Assembly: GCF_018977255.1 (NCBI RefSeq)
Contig: NW_024704771.1
Coordinates: 3,782,001 to 3,846,000 of the forward strand
Direction: 5' to 3'
Origin: Callorhinchus milii
Taxonomy: Eukaryota
Length of the DNA stretch: 64,000 nt
Position 1 is the first letter of the stretch. Every line of letters begins with the position of its first letter. Of the stretch, positions 11,401-26,400 are shown piece by piece. The notes beneath the pieces are model-generated. The model worked only from the letters and a program-made list of their open reading frames with translations. It ran no database searches and was not told the origin of the DNA. The position numbers and the translations under genes were made by a program.

Positions 11401-14400
11401 GAAGAGATCTGCCGTGGGATCTTCTGTGAAGCGCTTTGCGACGCCCCGATGACACGGTGAGGTGAACGACAACAACAACTTGCATTTACATAGTGCTCCT
11501 TACGCAGAATAGCCTCCCAGAGTGTTTGACAGTGGCGGAGCCTGTCCAGAGGCTGCATCAAGTGCAAGGATTATTCTAATAAATAAAAAATTCTACTCCA
11601 GTCTCACGCATCGTTTCATTTGTCTGTGCCTCCGATTTCGAAACATCTGAAAATGCTTCACAGGTAATTTGATCCCAACCTTAGAGAGACTATTTCTAAG
11701 CAAACACAGCCGCCAATTTCCACACTGGAACATCTCGCAAACAGCCCCCAGGTCAATGACTAATCTGGAGAATTGCTGGCCAAACCGCTTTCTCTTTTCC
11801 ACTAGCACGAGACAATCATTTACATCTATAACAACAGGCAATCAGGAGCTACACTCACACAAGTCACAGCAGTCGGGACCATGAGGTTTAATAGGGCTTA
11901 CACGAGTCCGAGTTGCAGGAAAACTGTATAAATCGTGTAAAATCCCAGTTAAGCGATAATCTACACTGCGCTTGTGTAATTCACTGCAGCCGGTAAGTGC
12001 TGGAGTAATGGAGGGCCGGGGAGCAGTGTTACAAGTTAAGAGATGATTAATACGAACTAAGAGATGGTTAATGTGAGTCGTGCCAAGAAATCAAAGTGGG
12101 TTTGATAGGAAACTGTATGGGACTCACGACCCGAGGCCATTACGTGGTTTGTACATCGACTGCTGCGAGTTTTACGGTACTTTTAAAATCTCGCCCCAAA
12201 CCTTGGCCACCTACCTTCTCCAGAAGCGCTTTGACCTCCCATTCCTGCCTCTGCTTCTTGCTCTGATAGGGATTACATTCCAAGGCATCGAAGTTAGCCT
12301 CGCCAGCACCTAGACCACAGGCAAAACATCAGTCAAACAGGTCCAACTACAACCGAACCTCGCCTTGGGGCAGGCAGAAAAGATTGTTATATCAGGGCGT
12401 TCACTGTAACAGTGCTTCGCAACTCACAACCTCCTGACACGGAGGGACAGTGCTATCCATCACTGAGCCAGGCCGGCACGAAAGCTCCCCATTAAACAGG
12501 CAGATATGGTTATGTTGCCCCCTGGTGACTGTGCTGGGTGGGGTGTGGGGAGCACGTACCTGGCACTAACATGCTGGTGAAGCCCTCGCCGTGCCCAATG
12601 CCCAACACATCTTCATAGGGACAGAACTGCAGTCCGTGCACACTCTGCCGTACAGAGTGGCACATGTATGGCTTATTCATGCCCTCCAAATGGGCATCTT
12701 TGTAAACCTGGGAGTGGGGAGAGGGAAAGAGAGAGACTGTTTAATATAATGCAGTTCAGTACAATACGGTCCTTACCTTCAAAGGTCTTCACGGCCTTGC
12801 TGCTCCCTACCCCTGTGACCTCCTAACCCCCCTACCAATCTCCCTACTCCCTCCGCTCAGCGGGCTCCAGCCTGCTTCACGTCCAGCCCTTCACAGAATG
12901 TACTGTAAAGTGAATTGGCTGTATATCTGTGGGTGAAACACGTCAGCCAATTGCGCACAGCGGAGTCCCACAAACAGTTGTGAATTGAGTTGCCAAATTA
13001 TTATTATTTTTTGGAGGGATTATTATCGCCGGAAATGCGATCCGCCAATCGACCAACACAACAACAACAACAACAAAATTACAACCAAGGAGAAACTATG
13101 TCCACTGGCGGGTGAGTTTGTAACCCGAGGACACCGATTTAAAATAATAATAATAATAATCCTTGCATTTGATATAGCGCTTTTCACGTCGGGAGGACGT
13201 CCCAAAGCGCTTCACAGAACACACTGTAAAGTGAATTGACTGTATATTTGTGGGCGAACGCAGCAGCCAATTGCGCACAGCAATGTCCCACAAACAGTCG
13301 TAGATTGAAAATGACCAATTTATTATTGTTTTGGGTTTTGGAGGGATTATTATTAGGCTCTGTGTGGAGTAAGGAAACTTGCCCAAGGTTTGGCCCTCTG
13401 CCTGGAATTGAACTCAGGTCTCTCACTTGCAAAGCGAGTGCTCTAACCACTGAGCTACAGGACTCCCGCAGTTGTTAAAAGAAAGAGGGAGAGGCGAGGA
13501 GAAACTTTTTCACACAGCGAGTTGTTGGGATCTGTAACGCATTGCCTGAAGGGAGTGTGGAAGCCGATTCGATAACAACTTGATAATTATTTAGGGAGCA
13601 CAAATTTGCAGAGCTATGGGGAGAGAGGGCAGGAGTGGGATTGAGTGGGATGGATAGCTCTTTCAAAGAGCTTGCACAGACACGATAAGCTGTATAATTT
13701 TATCTGCCAAATTCCTGCTAGATAAACAGAGGTACATAGAGTAAGGAAACTGGCCTAAGTTTCAACCCAACCAGGAATCAAACCCAGGCTCTCTTACGCT
13801 TAATCCTCCCCAAGTAACATAACCCTTCTTGCCTTCATTAGTGTGCAACATTGTGTGACGGGAGAGGTAAAAAGATTATGAAAAGTGTTTTTTTTCCCCC
13901 ACAGATGTCAACATTTCCACGATAAACGATAAGAAATAAGACGGGGACACCTTGATTAAAGAAAATTCTCAGGCTTTAAAGGACACCGTAGTGAGACCTT
14001 CACTGCAATGGACTGAAAGTTCGCTCAATTAATCTCTGTAGCGTCTTTTGTGTAGGAGAATATCTCAAAGCGCTTTGCAGAGACAGAATGGGACTCGAGA
14101 TTGATGTTGGCAGCGAGGTGGAAAGATTTAGCGAGGGAATTTGAGATCAGCGGCAAAGAGGCTGAAATCTCTCCTGCAGATAGCAGAGGTCATGAATTTT
14201 AACCAAACCTCGTCATCACGTTTATACTCGTGACTCTGGTGCATTAATAATAATGATCCTTGCATTTGATATAGCGCCTTATGACCATCGTCGAGCCATC
14301 TCAGAGCGCTGCACAGAATATACTGTAAAGTGGATTTGTGGGTGAAACACGGCAGCCAATTGCGCACGGCAATGTCCCCACGAACAGTCGTGTATTGAGT

Positions 14401-17400
14401 GACCAAACTATAATGTTTTGAAGGGATTATTACCCCCGGAAAAGCGCTCCACCAATCGACTAATGTTTTCCTACTTACTGCTAGGTGAACAGAGGCGTGC
14501 GCGTGGAGTAAGGAAACTTAAGAGTAAGGTTTCACCGCGCCCCGGAAATCGAACCCAGGTCCTCTCGTCTGCGAGGCGAGCGCTCTAAACAATATGCTGC
14601 AGGACTCCACCACAACACAGGCAAAGGCAGCAACATTTGCACACAGCAAGGCCCCACAAACAGTCATGAAGTAAGCAATCGATTTTTCCTACTCACTGCA
14701 AGGCTAACAACTAATTCGATAGGATTTTAAGGAAAATATGGTAGCGTACGTGGACCACGTTCCCACAGCCAGCTGCCAGCAGGTTGCTCTGACTGAAGGT
14801 GAGGTGACTGGCTCCCAATGGAATGACGTAGGACTGCACCTGCCTCAACGCACGGATATCAAAGATTTTCAGCTTCTTATCCAGACCGGAGGTAGCCATG
14901 TATCTGCAAAGACAAGAAAGACGTTTCGCCCACAAAATATACGGTCACTACACTTTACAGTATATTCTGTGAAGCACTTTCGAGACAACAAGATTTCATT
15001 TATGGAGCGCCTTTCACGTCGGGAGGACGTCCCAAGGCGCTGGACAGTTGGGTCAGGACCCGAGCAGGGGGGAAATGGTCAGGGGGAGGGAAGGGAGAGA
15101 GGGGGCGAGGAGGGGGTAGAGAGTCGAGAGGGGAGCTGAAGGCTGAAGGTCAAAGACAAAGGTCTTGAGACCGGCCTTGAAGGAGGAAAGGGAGGAAGCG
15201 GCGAAGGCACTGGGGGATGGAGTTCCAGAGCCTCGGGGCTGAGAGGCTGAAGGCCACCGATGGTAGGGCAGTTGGGCGGGGGATGTGGAGCAGACTGGAG
15301 CCAGAGGAACGGAGGTTACGGGCGGGTAGGTAGGGGGATAGTAGGTCGGAGAGGTAGGAGGGAGCAAGACGTCTCGAAGACGTGATAAGGCGCTGTATCA
15401 AATGTAAAGGTAATAATTATTAAATAATAATTATTATTATTAAAGACTTTAGCGGAAACATCAAGCCTGACCACTCAGAAGCTCGACTGCTAGTTGGTAA
15501 CAGACACACTGGAGGGATGCTTCCTGCTTAATTAATTCCGTAAAGTAATAGGCGCAGGTTGGCAAGAGTCAAGGTTTGAGGTGAGGTGACTGGCTCCCAT
15601 GGAATGCTGTAGGAATGCACTGGCCTCTGGGCTTCTGCTGAAATCTAACCAGCAAAAAATGCATAGCATGTCATTGCACGCTACAAGCTACAAACCGGGG
15701 GGAAACTAACTCTCTTAGAGCTCTACCGAGGACCGATAACATACACCCGGCTTCTGGTGCTAAGAGGGAGAAGAGGGAGGAAATGGAATATGAGAGTAAA
15801 CTAGCTGGAGAAGAACAGAGCTTTAACAAGTACATAAAGAGGAAGAGATTAACAAAGGTAGATGTGAGTCCCTTACAGGCAGAGACAGGAGAAATTATAA
15901 CGGGGACGAAAGAAATGGCAGAGTCACTAAACAAATACTTTGCTTCTGTCTTCACGTTAGAAGATACTAAAAACTTACCAAAAATAGTGGGGAACCAAGA
16001 GATTAAGGTTAGTGAAGAACTTAAAGAAATTAATATCAGTTATCGTACTAGAGAAATTGTGGGACTAATAACTGATAAATCTCCTGGACCTGATGGCCTA
16101 GGGTCTTAAGAGAGATGGCTGCGGAGACAGCGGATGCATTGTTTTTGATTTTCCCAAATTCTCTGGATTCTGGAACGGTTCCCATTGATTGGAAGATCGC
16201 AAACGAAACACCACTATTTAAGAAGGATGGGAGAGAGAAAAAATGGGGAACTATAGGCTAGTCAGTCTGACATCGGTGGGGAAAATTCTAGAGTCTATAA
16301 TCAGGGACGTCATCATGGGGCACTTACAAAGTCTTAATATGATTAGCAGAGTAACAACGGTTTCATGGAAGGGAAATCAACTGTTTACAGTTTACATCAA
16401 TGACTTCGATGAGGAAATGGAGCTTAATGTATCTGAATTCACGGATGATACAAAGCTCGGTGGGAAAGTAAGCTGTGAGGAGGACACAAGGAGGATGCAA
16501 AGGGATATAGACAGGTTAAGTGAGTGGGCAAGAAGGTGGCAAACAGAGTAAAATGTCGGGAAGTGTGAAGTTGTTCACCTAGTTAGAAAAAATAGAAAAG
16601 CAGATTATTTTCTAGAGGGGGAAGAGACGAGGTAGTGTTAGTATTCCGTGGGATTTAGGTGTCCTTGTACCACCATCACAGAAAGTTAGTATGCAGGTAC
16701 AGCAAGAAATTAGGAAGGTTAATAGCATGCTAGTGTTTATTGCAAATGGGTTAGAGTACAAGAGTAAGGAAGTCTTGCTGCAATTATATAGGGTCTTGGT
16801 GAGACCGCACCTGAAATATTGTGAGCAGTTTTGGTCTCCTTATCTAAGAAAGGATTAGAGGGGGCTTAGAGGGGGTACAACATAGGTTCACTGGGTTGGT
16901 TCCTGGGATGAGGGGTTTGACCTTATTCCAGAACACTTCTGATGACAGCACAGTCCAGCTTGGCTCATCAGCAGACTTGTCTGGGGCCTAGGAGTCATCC
17001 CACTCAGTCCCTAATGGGTCGGGGGGGTGGTCCTGGTTGGACAAGCAATGGGAAAGCTTGCCAGACAATGATGTCAATGGTAAGCTATGTTGTTTTAGCT
17101 GTTTCACTCCAGCAGTTACTCCCAACACACCCAGTTGAGCAAAATAATTTTTTAAAAAAGGGAGTGAAAAAACAATGAGGTTACAGAACACAGGATCATT
17201 TACGTTCCAGTCTTGTCGACGGCAATCGCTCGAATGCCTCCGCGATGGCACAGCATCTTCACCAGAGGCTCCTTGACATTCGGGCTCCACATTGTCACAG
17301 TCCCTGTGATAGATTGGACAGCACGTTACAGCACAAAACCAGTCTCACAGTGGACAGAGCTTCGTGAGCCACGACATTCTTTTACACGTAGTAAACACAG

Positions 17401-20400
17401 TCCAGCCCAAAAACAACAAGATTACATTTGTATTGCGCCTTTCACGTTGGGAGGACGCCCCAAGGCACTGCACATTGTACAGCATTCCAGACCAGAGCTG
17501 GGGTCAGGGAGGGAGAAGGGCGGGGTCTTGAGGCGGGACTTGAAGGAGGCTAAGGAGGGGGTGAGGTGGAGTCATTGGGGGATGGAATTCCAGAGTTTGG
17601 GGGCAGAGTGGCTGAAGGCTCTCCTGCCAACGGTGGGACGGGTGGGTCGGGGGACATGGAGTAGGCCAGAGCCGGCTGAACAGAGGCTCAGTTACAAGTT
17701 GAGGGTGTTTACAACAAAAATAACTTGCATTGCACAGCACCCTTCATGCGAGAAAACGCCTCAAGAGCGCTTAACAGTGGTGGAGCCTAGGCCGAGCGGG
17801 GCGGGGGGGGGAAGGGAGGAGGTGATCGTAAGCATGGCTTTCATTAGTGATCTAAGCGAGGAAGGATGGGGAAAGGTAAAGGGACTAGAAAAAGAGAGTT
17901 CCAAAGCTTCGGGCTGTAGTAGTTGAAAGCGCAGGTGCCGATGGTGGAGCGGAAGGGACGAGGGGCAAACAGGAGGCTGGAGCCAGCTAAGCAGAGGCAG
18001 CGGGTTGTAGGTGGGGGACTAAGCAGGTGGGAGAGGTCGGGAGGTGCCAGGGCGTGAAGGGTGAGAGGATCTTTAAATCAATCAGCTGAGCCTGGCGAGG
18101 ACTGGGTGATACAGAGTTTAGTGCGTGTGATAGGGGGGGAATAGAGTTTAGTGAGGATTTGGACAATATGGGATTCTCCTTGACGTGAAAGGCACTCTAC
18201 AATATGTAAGTTGTTGTTGTCAGTCAGTCAGTCAGTCAGTCTCCCCTGGGAGTGAAACCTCAGGAGGGAAAACCAAAGGAAAAAAGTATGAGGAGCCTCA
18301 CCTGTTGTGTGTCCCAAGTGTATAATGGCGTTGTAGGGATTCTGGGCCATCACGTTCAGACGACCTGCTTTGGTGCAGGTAGCAGTGACCTCCTTCCCCA
18401 CAGAGACATCGAGGTACTGCAGGAATCCACTGGCACTCTGAAAATCAGCAGGAGCACAGCACACGTTGACTTGATAATGTCGCCTTCTCCAGTCATAAAG
18501 AGGCGCGACAAAATGGCCGACTTCTGGGTCCCAGGTCGCCGCTGACGTCATTTCCTTCGCAATGGAAGTGACGTCTGGGCTTCACGCCCACGTGCAGGGC
18601 TTAGAAAGTGGAGGAGTCCTGTGGTTAGAGCACTCGCCTCGCAAGCTGGAGGACCCGGGTTCGATTCCCGAACAGGGCACAACTTTAGGCGGGTTTCCTC
18701 ACTCCACACGCCTCGGTTTGCCCAGCAGTACGTTAGAGACACGGTTGTGGGTGGATTAGCCAGATTGCTTTCCGGGAGTAATAATCGTTCAATCCACGCG
18801 AGACACCGCTGTGCACAATTGGCTGCCTCATTTCGCCCACAAAATACATTCAATTCACTTTATGGCACATCCTGTGAAACACTTTGAAAAGTCTCAATGA
18901 CATGATAAGGACCTCTACGTAGAGCCTTCGCCTCGCAAGCGAGAGACCTGGGTTCGATTCCCCTGGCGGGGCAGAATGTTGGGCAACTTTCCTTACCCCA
19001 CACGCCTCCGTTTACCCAGCGGTAAGTTGGAAGCTGGTTGTTAGTCAATTGGCAGATCGCTTTTTCGGAGGTAATAAACCCTCCAGAAAGAAACAAAAAT
19101 GTGGTCACTCAATCTGTGACAGTTTGTGGGACAAACGACGGCAGTGTTTCACGGTGACTGGATTTGTGTGATGCATTTTCAATTTGTAAGGTAAGAAATA
19201 ATCCTCAGGGCCTACAAGCCAATCCTGTTAGTGAGGCTCGATATTATATTGGGGTCCAGTAGGAGCCACAACATGAAGAGTTTACTGCTGGAAAATTTAT
19301 TTGAAAAATTATAGCTCCGATTATTGTTTGACCTCAAGCTTTATGTAAAAAATATTCTTACAATGAGATGCAGAACGGTGGGAGTCATGTTACGATGGAA
19401 TCTTAAACAAATCATCACACATGCCAGAGTCATATGGAAGTAATATGCTGATATAAACAATACTGCATTGTTACAACCTGCACCCTTGAGAGCTGCAGTA
19501 AAATTATAGTCAAATCCAATTTTTTAGAGGTCAGTCGGGTGTCTGACACATGCGGAAATCCACCACCGTTACTTAAGAGTCTCCAAAGCAAGCTGAGAAT
19601 TCCATACATCCCATCTACACCTGGAAATCCCAGAGGTAGACTGTTGGAATGGAATCGACACTCTCTCCCTGGAGGGACACATTCTGTTGACCTAATTCTG
19701 GAGAGTATTAGGCCCAGGTTGGCGAGAGCCAAGGCTTGGTGACCCCAGAGTGTGGGTTGTGGCAACAGCTGGAGTCTAACTAGCTAAAACCACACAGCTT
19801 GTTATTGATATCACTGTCTGGCAAGCTTTCCCGCCGCATGACCATTCTGTTTGGTTTGGATACTCTTCAAGCATAGTGACTGCTTTCCACATGTGTCGAG
19901 AGACCTGGCTGACCAGATCAGGCGTTGTGCCAAATGCAAGGATTATTATTGTTATAATTACTCACACATGTGGCCAGGAGGAAATGATACGGCAGGAATT
20001 CCATCCGTAAGACGTCATTGAATTTCTTCACGCAGTGCAGCTCAATTCCCATGTTGTCGTAGATGTACAGCCACTTCTTTTGTGCCACAGCAAACATGTT
20101 TTCTGAGTGTAACCACCTGCAGAACATTCATTCAATGGTCAACAACTTCAATGTAAGCAGCTAGCATTTCTCTGTACTGCGCTCGCCACCCCCCAACCCA
20201 TCATCACCTCAAATCTCCTCCCCCCCCCCATACCTCTCCGACCTCCTGACCCACCACACCCTGTTCGCTCCCCTCCGCTCAGCGTGCTCCGGCCTGCCTC
20301 ACGTCCCCCGCCTCGCTCGCCCCACTATTGGCAGGCGGGCCTTCCGCCACTCTGCCCCCACCCTCTGGAACGCCATCCCGCGGTCCCTCCTCTTTGACCA

Positions 20401-23400
20401 CGCTTTCGAATTCAAATTCCTTCATGCCCTGGCACCTCCCTACCTCTCCAACCTGCTTACGCCCCAACCGACTACCCGCTGCCTCTGCACGACTGGCTCC
20501 GACCTCTTGCTTGTTCCTTGTGCCCTTCGTTCTACCGTCGATAGCCGCACTTTCAGCCGTTACGCCCCAAAACCCTGGAACTCTATCCCTCCACCTTCCC
20601 CTTTACTTCCCAATCTTCAGGTCGTGCCTGAAGACCTTCCCCTTTGACAGCGCCTACAGTCACCTCCCCGCCCCACTCCGGCTGGGAGTCGTGCTCCGCC
20701 ACTGTCAAGTGCTCTGGGACGCTACCCTGCTTTAGGGGCGCTGTCAAATGCAAGTTGTTGTTGTAGTTTAGCGGGGCTATGAGCTGTTAGTTAACTTGTT
20801 TTGAAAACTGTTCCAAGGAGCGAACAGTAAGTACCAAGGCTCCCGTACATACCGGACATCGTTGATGCTCTCCATCACGTTGATCTCACACAGGAGCTGT
20901 TTTGTGTGCCAGTCCAGGGCCGCCACATGCCCTCGACGGCCGCCCATCAGCAGGTGTCTGGAAGCGCGAAAAAGCAGGTCATTTCCTCTACAATGTAACG
21001 AACCCTTTAAATAGAATTATATTAACTGCACAATTATCACTGGACTGTGCTCTCAATGGCAAGCTTATGGTTAGACTCCAGCAGTTACCCCAAGCCGATC
21101 TCTGGGCTCCCCCCAAAGCCTTGGCACTCGCCAATCTGCGCCTAATACTCTCCGGAATTAGGTAAAGCAGGATGCATCCCTCCAGGGAGAGAGAGCACAT
21201 TCCATTCCAACAATCTACCTCTGGGATTTCCATGTATAGGTGGGATGTATGGCGTTTCGTTTGGAGACTCTTAAGCAATGGTAATGGGTTTCTGCAAGTG
21301 TCACGACACCAGGTTGATCGATAAAAATACAGTCAAAGCAGCCACATGACTTTTTTCCCTGCATTACACCTTCCTGTGCAGGTGACTGATGCTCTCTCTC
21401 TCTCTCTCTCCAATGTTTGTGATGATGGTATCTTGCGGTTAACCTCTAGAAGCTGTGTTATCGACTCTCACAACAGTACAACACTCTGACCCCATCTGTG
21501 GTGGCTCTGGGAATAGGCACCACCATCATTGGGAACTTGATTGACTAACAAACTTTTGTTCCTTCCCCCCCCACCCCCCCTTAATCTCTTGACAACACGA
21601 TTCAGACCTGCCGTTCCTGGTGTAGTTTATTCGGTAGGGTCCAAACTGATCCAGCACCAGGTTAAAATACTGGAAAAGACAAAGGAATGGTGTGAAGAAT
21701 GCAAACTTTTAAAGGATACAAAAACAAACACATAAACCACACCCACACCACACGACACCCACCCACGCACACACCACATGAACACACACCCACGAGCACC
21801 TGTGCGCGCACCCACGAGCGGGCGCACACACATGCGCGTGTGTTTGCGCCTGTATTCACGCGCGCATGTTTGTGCGAGCGGGTGCGAGCACGCGCAAACA
21901 CACACACACAAAGAAACACACGAACACACAAACAAGATCATGGCAAAGAACAAACTTTTTTTTAAAACAATAAGATAACTCCAGAACACTCTTCCTCAAT
22001 CTCCCTTCTTTGCCCCCTCCTTCTCCATCTTTAGGTCCCACCCGAAGACCTTCCTCTTCGATTCTGCCTTCAAAACCCTCCATGGTCACCCTCCCCCACC
22101 CCCTCTCCCCACTGTCATGCGCTCTGGGATTCTACCCTGCGTGAGGGGGTGCTGTGTTGTTACTGTAGGATGAGAAACTGAAATGGATCGATTTATAGCG
22201 AGTGGTTTTTACAGTGGAATCTTTTGAACGCGCGTTCACTTAACAATTCAATGGCACCATTTCCGTGCACAGTTGCAAATTCAACCTCAGGACCCGCTCT
22301 GAGAGCTATAATAATAATAATAATAATCCTTGCATTTGATATAGCGCTTTTCACGTCAGGAGGACGTCCCAAAGCGCTTCACAGAACACACTGTAAAGTG
22401 AATTGACTGTATATTTGTGGGCGAACGCGGCAGCCAATTGCGCACAGCAATGTCCCACAAACAGTCGTAGATTGAAAATGACCAATTTATTATTGTTTTT
22501 GGGTTTTTTTTGGAGGGATTATTATTAGGCTCTGTGTGGAGTAAGGAAACTTGCCCAAGGTTTCGCCCTCTGCCTGGAATTGAACTCAGGTCTCTCACTT
22601 GCAAAGCGAGTGCTCTAACCACTGAGCTACAGGACTCCACGGCTAGGAGAGGGGTAGTGTCCCAGGGCACTTCACTGAGATAAGGGACGGATATCCCGCT
22701 CCATGTTCGAGAGACATATTGCAACGGATTCCCAACGTATATTCTGGGGTTGGCTTTTGCCATCCTGCGTCGAATACTTTAGGTAATGATAATAATCCTT
22801 GCATTTGATATAATATAATAATAATCCTTGCATTTGACATAGCGCCTTATCACATCTTTGAGACGTCTCAAAAGCGCTTCACAGGATATACTGTAAAGTG
22901 AATTGACTGTATATTTTGTGGGCGGAACGTGGCAGCCAATTGCCCCCGAGTTCCTACTCACTGCTCGATAAGTAGAGGTGTGTGGAGTAAGAAAACTTGC
23001 CCAACATTTGGCCCTGCTGGGAATGGAACCCAGGTCTCTCGCTTCCGAGACGAGTGCTCTCACCACTGAGCTACAGGACTCCAAATATAGCACCTGATTA
23101 CATCTTCGAGACGTCTCAAATCATTTCACCGAATATTTTGTAAAGTGTAGTGACTGTATATTTTGTGGGCAATGTCCCACAAGCGGTCGTGGATTGAAAG
23201 ACCAAATTATTATTTTTTTGGAGGGATTATAGGTGAAAAGCTCAAGGGCACCGACCTTCGAACTGCTGGTTATGTCGACAGCATCTGCAATGTCCTTCTG
23301 ATCAATGATACATGTGTCCTCTCCCTCGTTGACTTCTAAAAACCTTGGGAAAGAAACGTAAACACCTCAGAATAACAGTGAGACGAACAGAAAAACCTTC

Positions 23401-26400
23401 CCACATTATGGGTTGCTGCTCTCAGTTCTGCATCAGAAAATATTTGCCACACTAATCCTCACATTACTCTGCAGCCCATGTCCTCTCCCGCACTAAGCTC
23501 TGCGACTCTGTCACCCCGATCTTTGCCCGACTTCACCGGCTTCCCATCACACAGAGGATACAGTTCAAGATCCTGATCCTCACCTTCAAAGCCCTCCACG
23601 GTCATACTCCCCCCTAACTCTGCAACCTCCTAACCCCTACCATTCTGTTCGCTCCCTCCGCTCAGCGGGCTCCGGCCTGCTTCACGTTCCATCTTGCTTG
23701 CCCCACTGTTGGCGGGCGGGCCTTCCGCCGCTCTGCACCTACCCTCTGGAACTCCATCCTGCAGTTCCTCCGTCTCACCCCCCCCTCCATCGCCACCTTC
23801 GAGACCCTCCTCTTTGACTGTGCTTTCGATTTGCCTGCTTCCCCCCCACCTTCCACCCTCCCCCACCCCCCAGCTTGGGTCCGTAACTCTGTCTGTCCAG
23901 CACCTTGGGATATCCTCCTGACGTGAAAGGCGCTTTACAAATGTAATTTTGTTGTTGTTAAGGTTGCATTATCAAACCCGGGTCCTCTCGAGTGCTCTAC
24001 ACTGAGCTACAGGACTTCACAATCACTCATTGTGCCACCACCACCCAGCCTTACCCACTGCGCTAACTATAACTTGGCCTTGGGCTTACCCAGCCTCCTC
24101 AGGCAGCAGGAGGTTGAAGCTGGCCGCCTGTTTCTGCGCCTCCTTATATTTCTTCTCCATCTTCGTCATCCGATACTTCAGGTTCTTGTTGCCGATTTTC
24201 CTCTTGGGTGAAACACATGGATCAAAGTTACTATTTGAACGAAGTCTCTCATCGTCTTTAAAATATTCTTGTTCCGCATCATGGAAGATTGCAGCACAGA
24301 AGGAGGCCATTCGGCCCATCGTGCGTGTGGGCCGGCTCTTTGAAAGAGCTCTTCAACTAGTTCCTTTCCCCCGCTCTTATCCCATAGCCCTGCAAATGTT
24401 TCCTTTTTAAGTACATGTCCAATTACCCTTTCAAAACTGCTATCGAATCTGCTTCCACCATCCTTTCAGGCAACACCTTCCAGACCGTAACAACTCTCTG
24501 TGAAAGAAAAACTGTTTCCTCATCTCCCCTCTGGTTCTTTTCCCAGTTATCTTAAAGCTGTGTCCTCTGGTTACAGACTCACCCACCAAAGGAAATAGTT
24601 TCTCCCTACTTACATGCCAATTTACAACAATCTACAGAAATTTACAAAAATAATGGGACGAACTAAATGATCGCGGCTTTTAAATTTTGTGGACAGGCCG
24701 TTTACCTTCTCTTAATAATAATAATCCTTGTACTTGATACAGCACCTTAAGAGCTTCACAGAATATACTGTAAGTGAATTGACTGCATACTTTGCGTTGG
24801 CAAAATGCAGGAGGCAAATTCGCACAGTAATGTCTCACAAACAGTCGTGGGTTGAGTGACCAAATTATTCTTATTTCAGTTTTATTTGAAGAGATTATAA
24901 TAATAATATTCCTTGCAATTGATACAGGGCCTTATCACGTCATTGAGCCGTCTCAAAGCGCTTCACAGAATATACTGTAAAGTGTGTGACTGTGCATTTT
25001 ATGGTCGAAATTCAGCAGCCAACTGCGCACAGCAATGTCTCACAGTCGTGGATTGAGTGACCAAATTATGATTTTTTTATAAAAGGAAATATTATCCCCC
25101 GGAAAGCGATCCGCCAATCGACTAACAACCGGGTTCCTACTTACTGCTAGGTAAGTGGAGTAAGTGGAGCCCTGGACTCCACACACCTCAAACCCAGGTC
25201 TTCTCGCTTGCAAGGCGAGTGATCTAACTATAGTTTCCAAGGGAAACTACTGGCTTCAAGCAAGTAGTTGGAGGAGCGATCAGTGGATGAACACAATGTT
25301 GGAGAGCAGCAAGCCTCTGTCCCAGTACTTAAAGGGACAGATATTTGCTCATCGATGACAATCACTCACCAGTTCTATTTTCTCTCCTCTCTTGAACTTT
25401 TTCATCGTCTCTGCAGGGATGGGGACACCACCTGGAAAGGGATCATCCGGCTAGAAACACAAGATTAGTTCGTTTTTACTCGCACTGAACTTAACAGGTT
25501 TATGAGAAACACAGGTAACTGGAGTACAGTAAAACTCACGTAAATCATATCAGTCGGCCACAACATTTAATATCACCTACGCAAAGTCCGAGTTGCAGAC
25601 AAACATGTGTAATTCACTGCAGCCGGTAAGTGCACATCTGGTGATAGATCAACACTACATTTCTACGAACTTAATGTGTCTTGACCCATCGCCACATACA
25701 CACTTACTGGCAAGCGTTGCAATCGCATTGAATAGCGGGAAATGACGTTCTTCTACTCATATCGATAGATCACTACTACGTTTCACGCAATTCAATGCAG
25801 ACGGTAAGTACTGGAATAATGGAGGGAAAGGGAGTGATGTTACAAATTAGGAGATTATTGATACGAGTCGTGCAAAGAAATCTAAGTGGGTTTGATAGGA
25901 AACTAATGGGACTTGGTTAGATGAATGACTTAAGTGATTATACAATTTATAAAGATAACTGACTTATTTAACTGCAGTAGATAAATGCACTTCACTTTAC
26001 AGTACTGAGCCACACAGACTAGGACATTTATATTATTATTAATACAATAATATTATTTAGTGAAAAGATTCAATTTGCTCACTGAAAGCAACAACACTAA
26101 CAAGTGACATTTACACAGCGCCTTTCACATCGGAAAGACGTCTCAAGGCGTTGGATAGTCAGGGATTGGACACAGGGGTTGGGATCAGGAGGACAGAGAG
26201 GCTAGGGGTAGGAGGGTGACCAAAGGCGTGGTCGAAGAGAAGGGTCTTGAGACAGGCCTTGAAGGAGACACGGGAGGGGGCGAAGTGAAGGGAATGTGGG
26301 GACGGAGTTCCAAAGGGTGTGGCAGAGAGCGCTGAAGACATAGAGCAGGCCGGATCCCACAATATCATGGGCATATTGTTTTTTTTGGGGGGTGGGGGTG

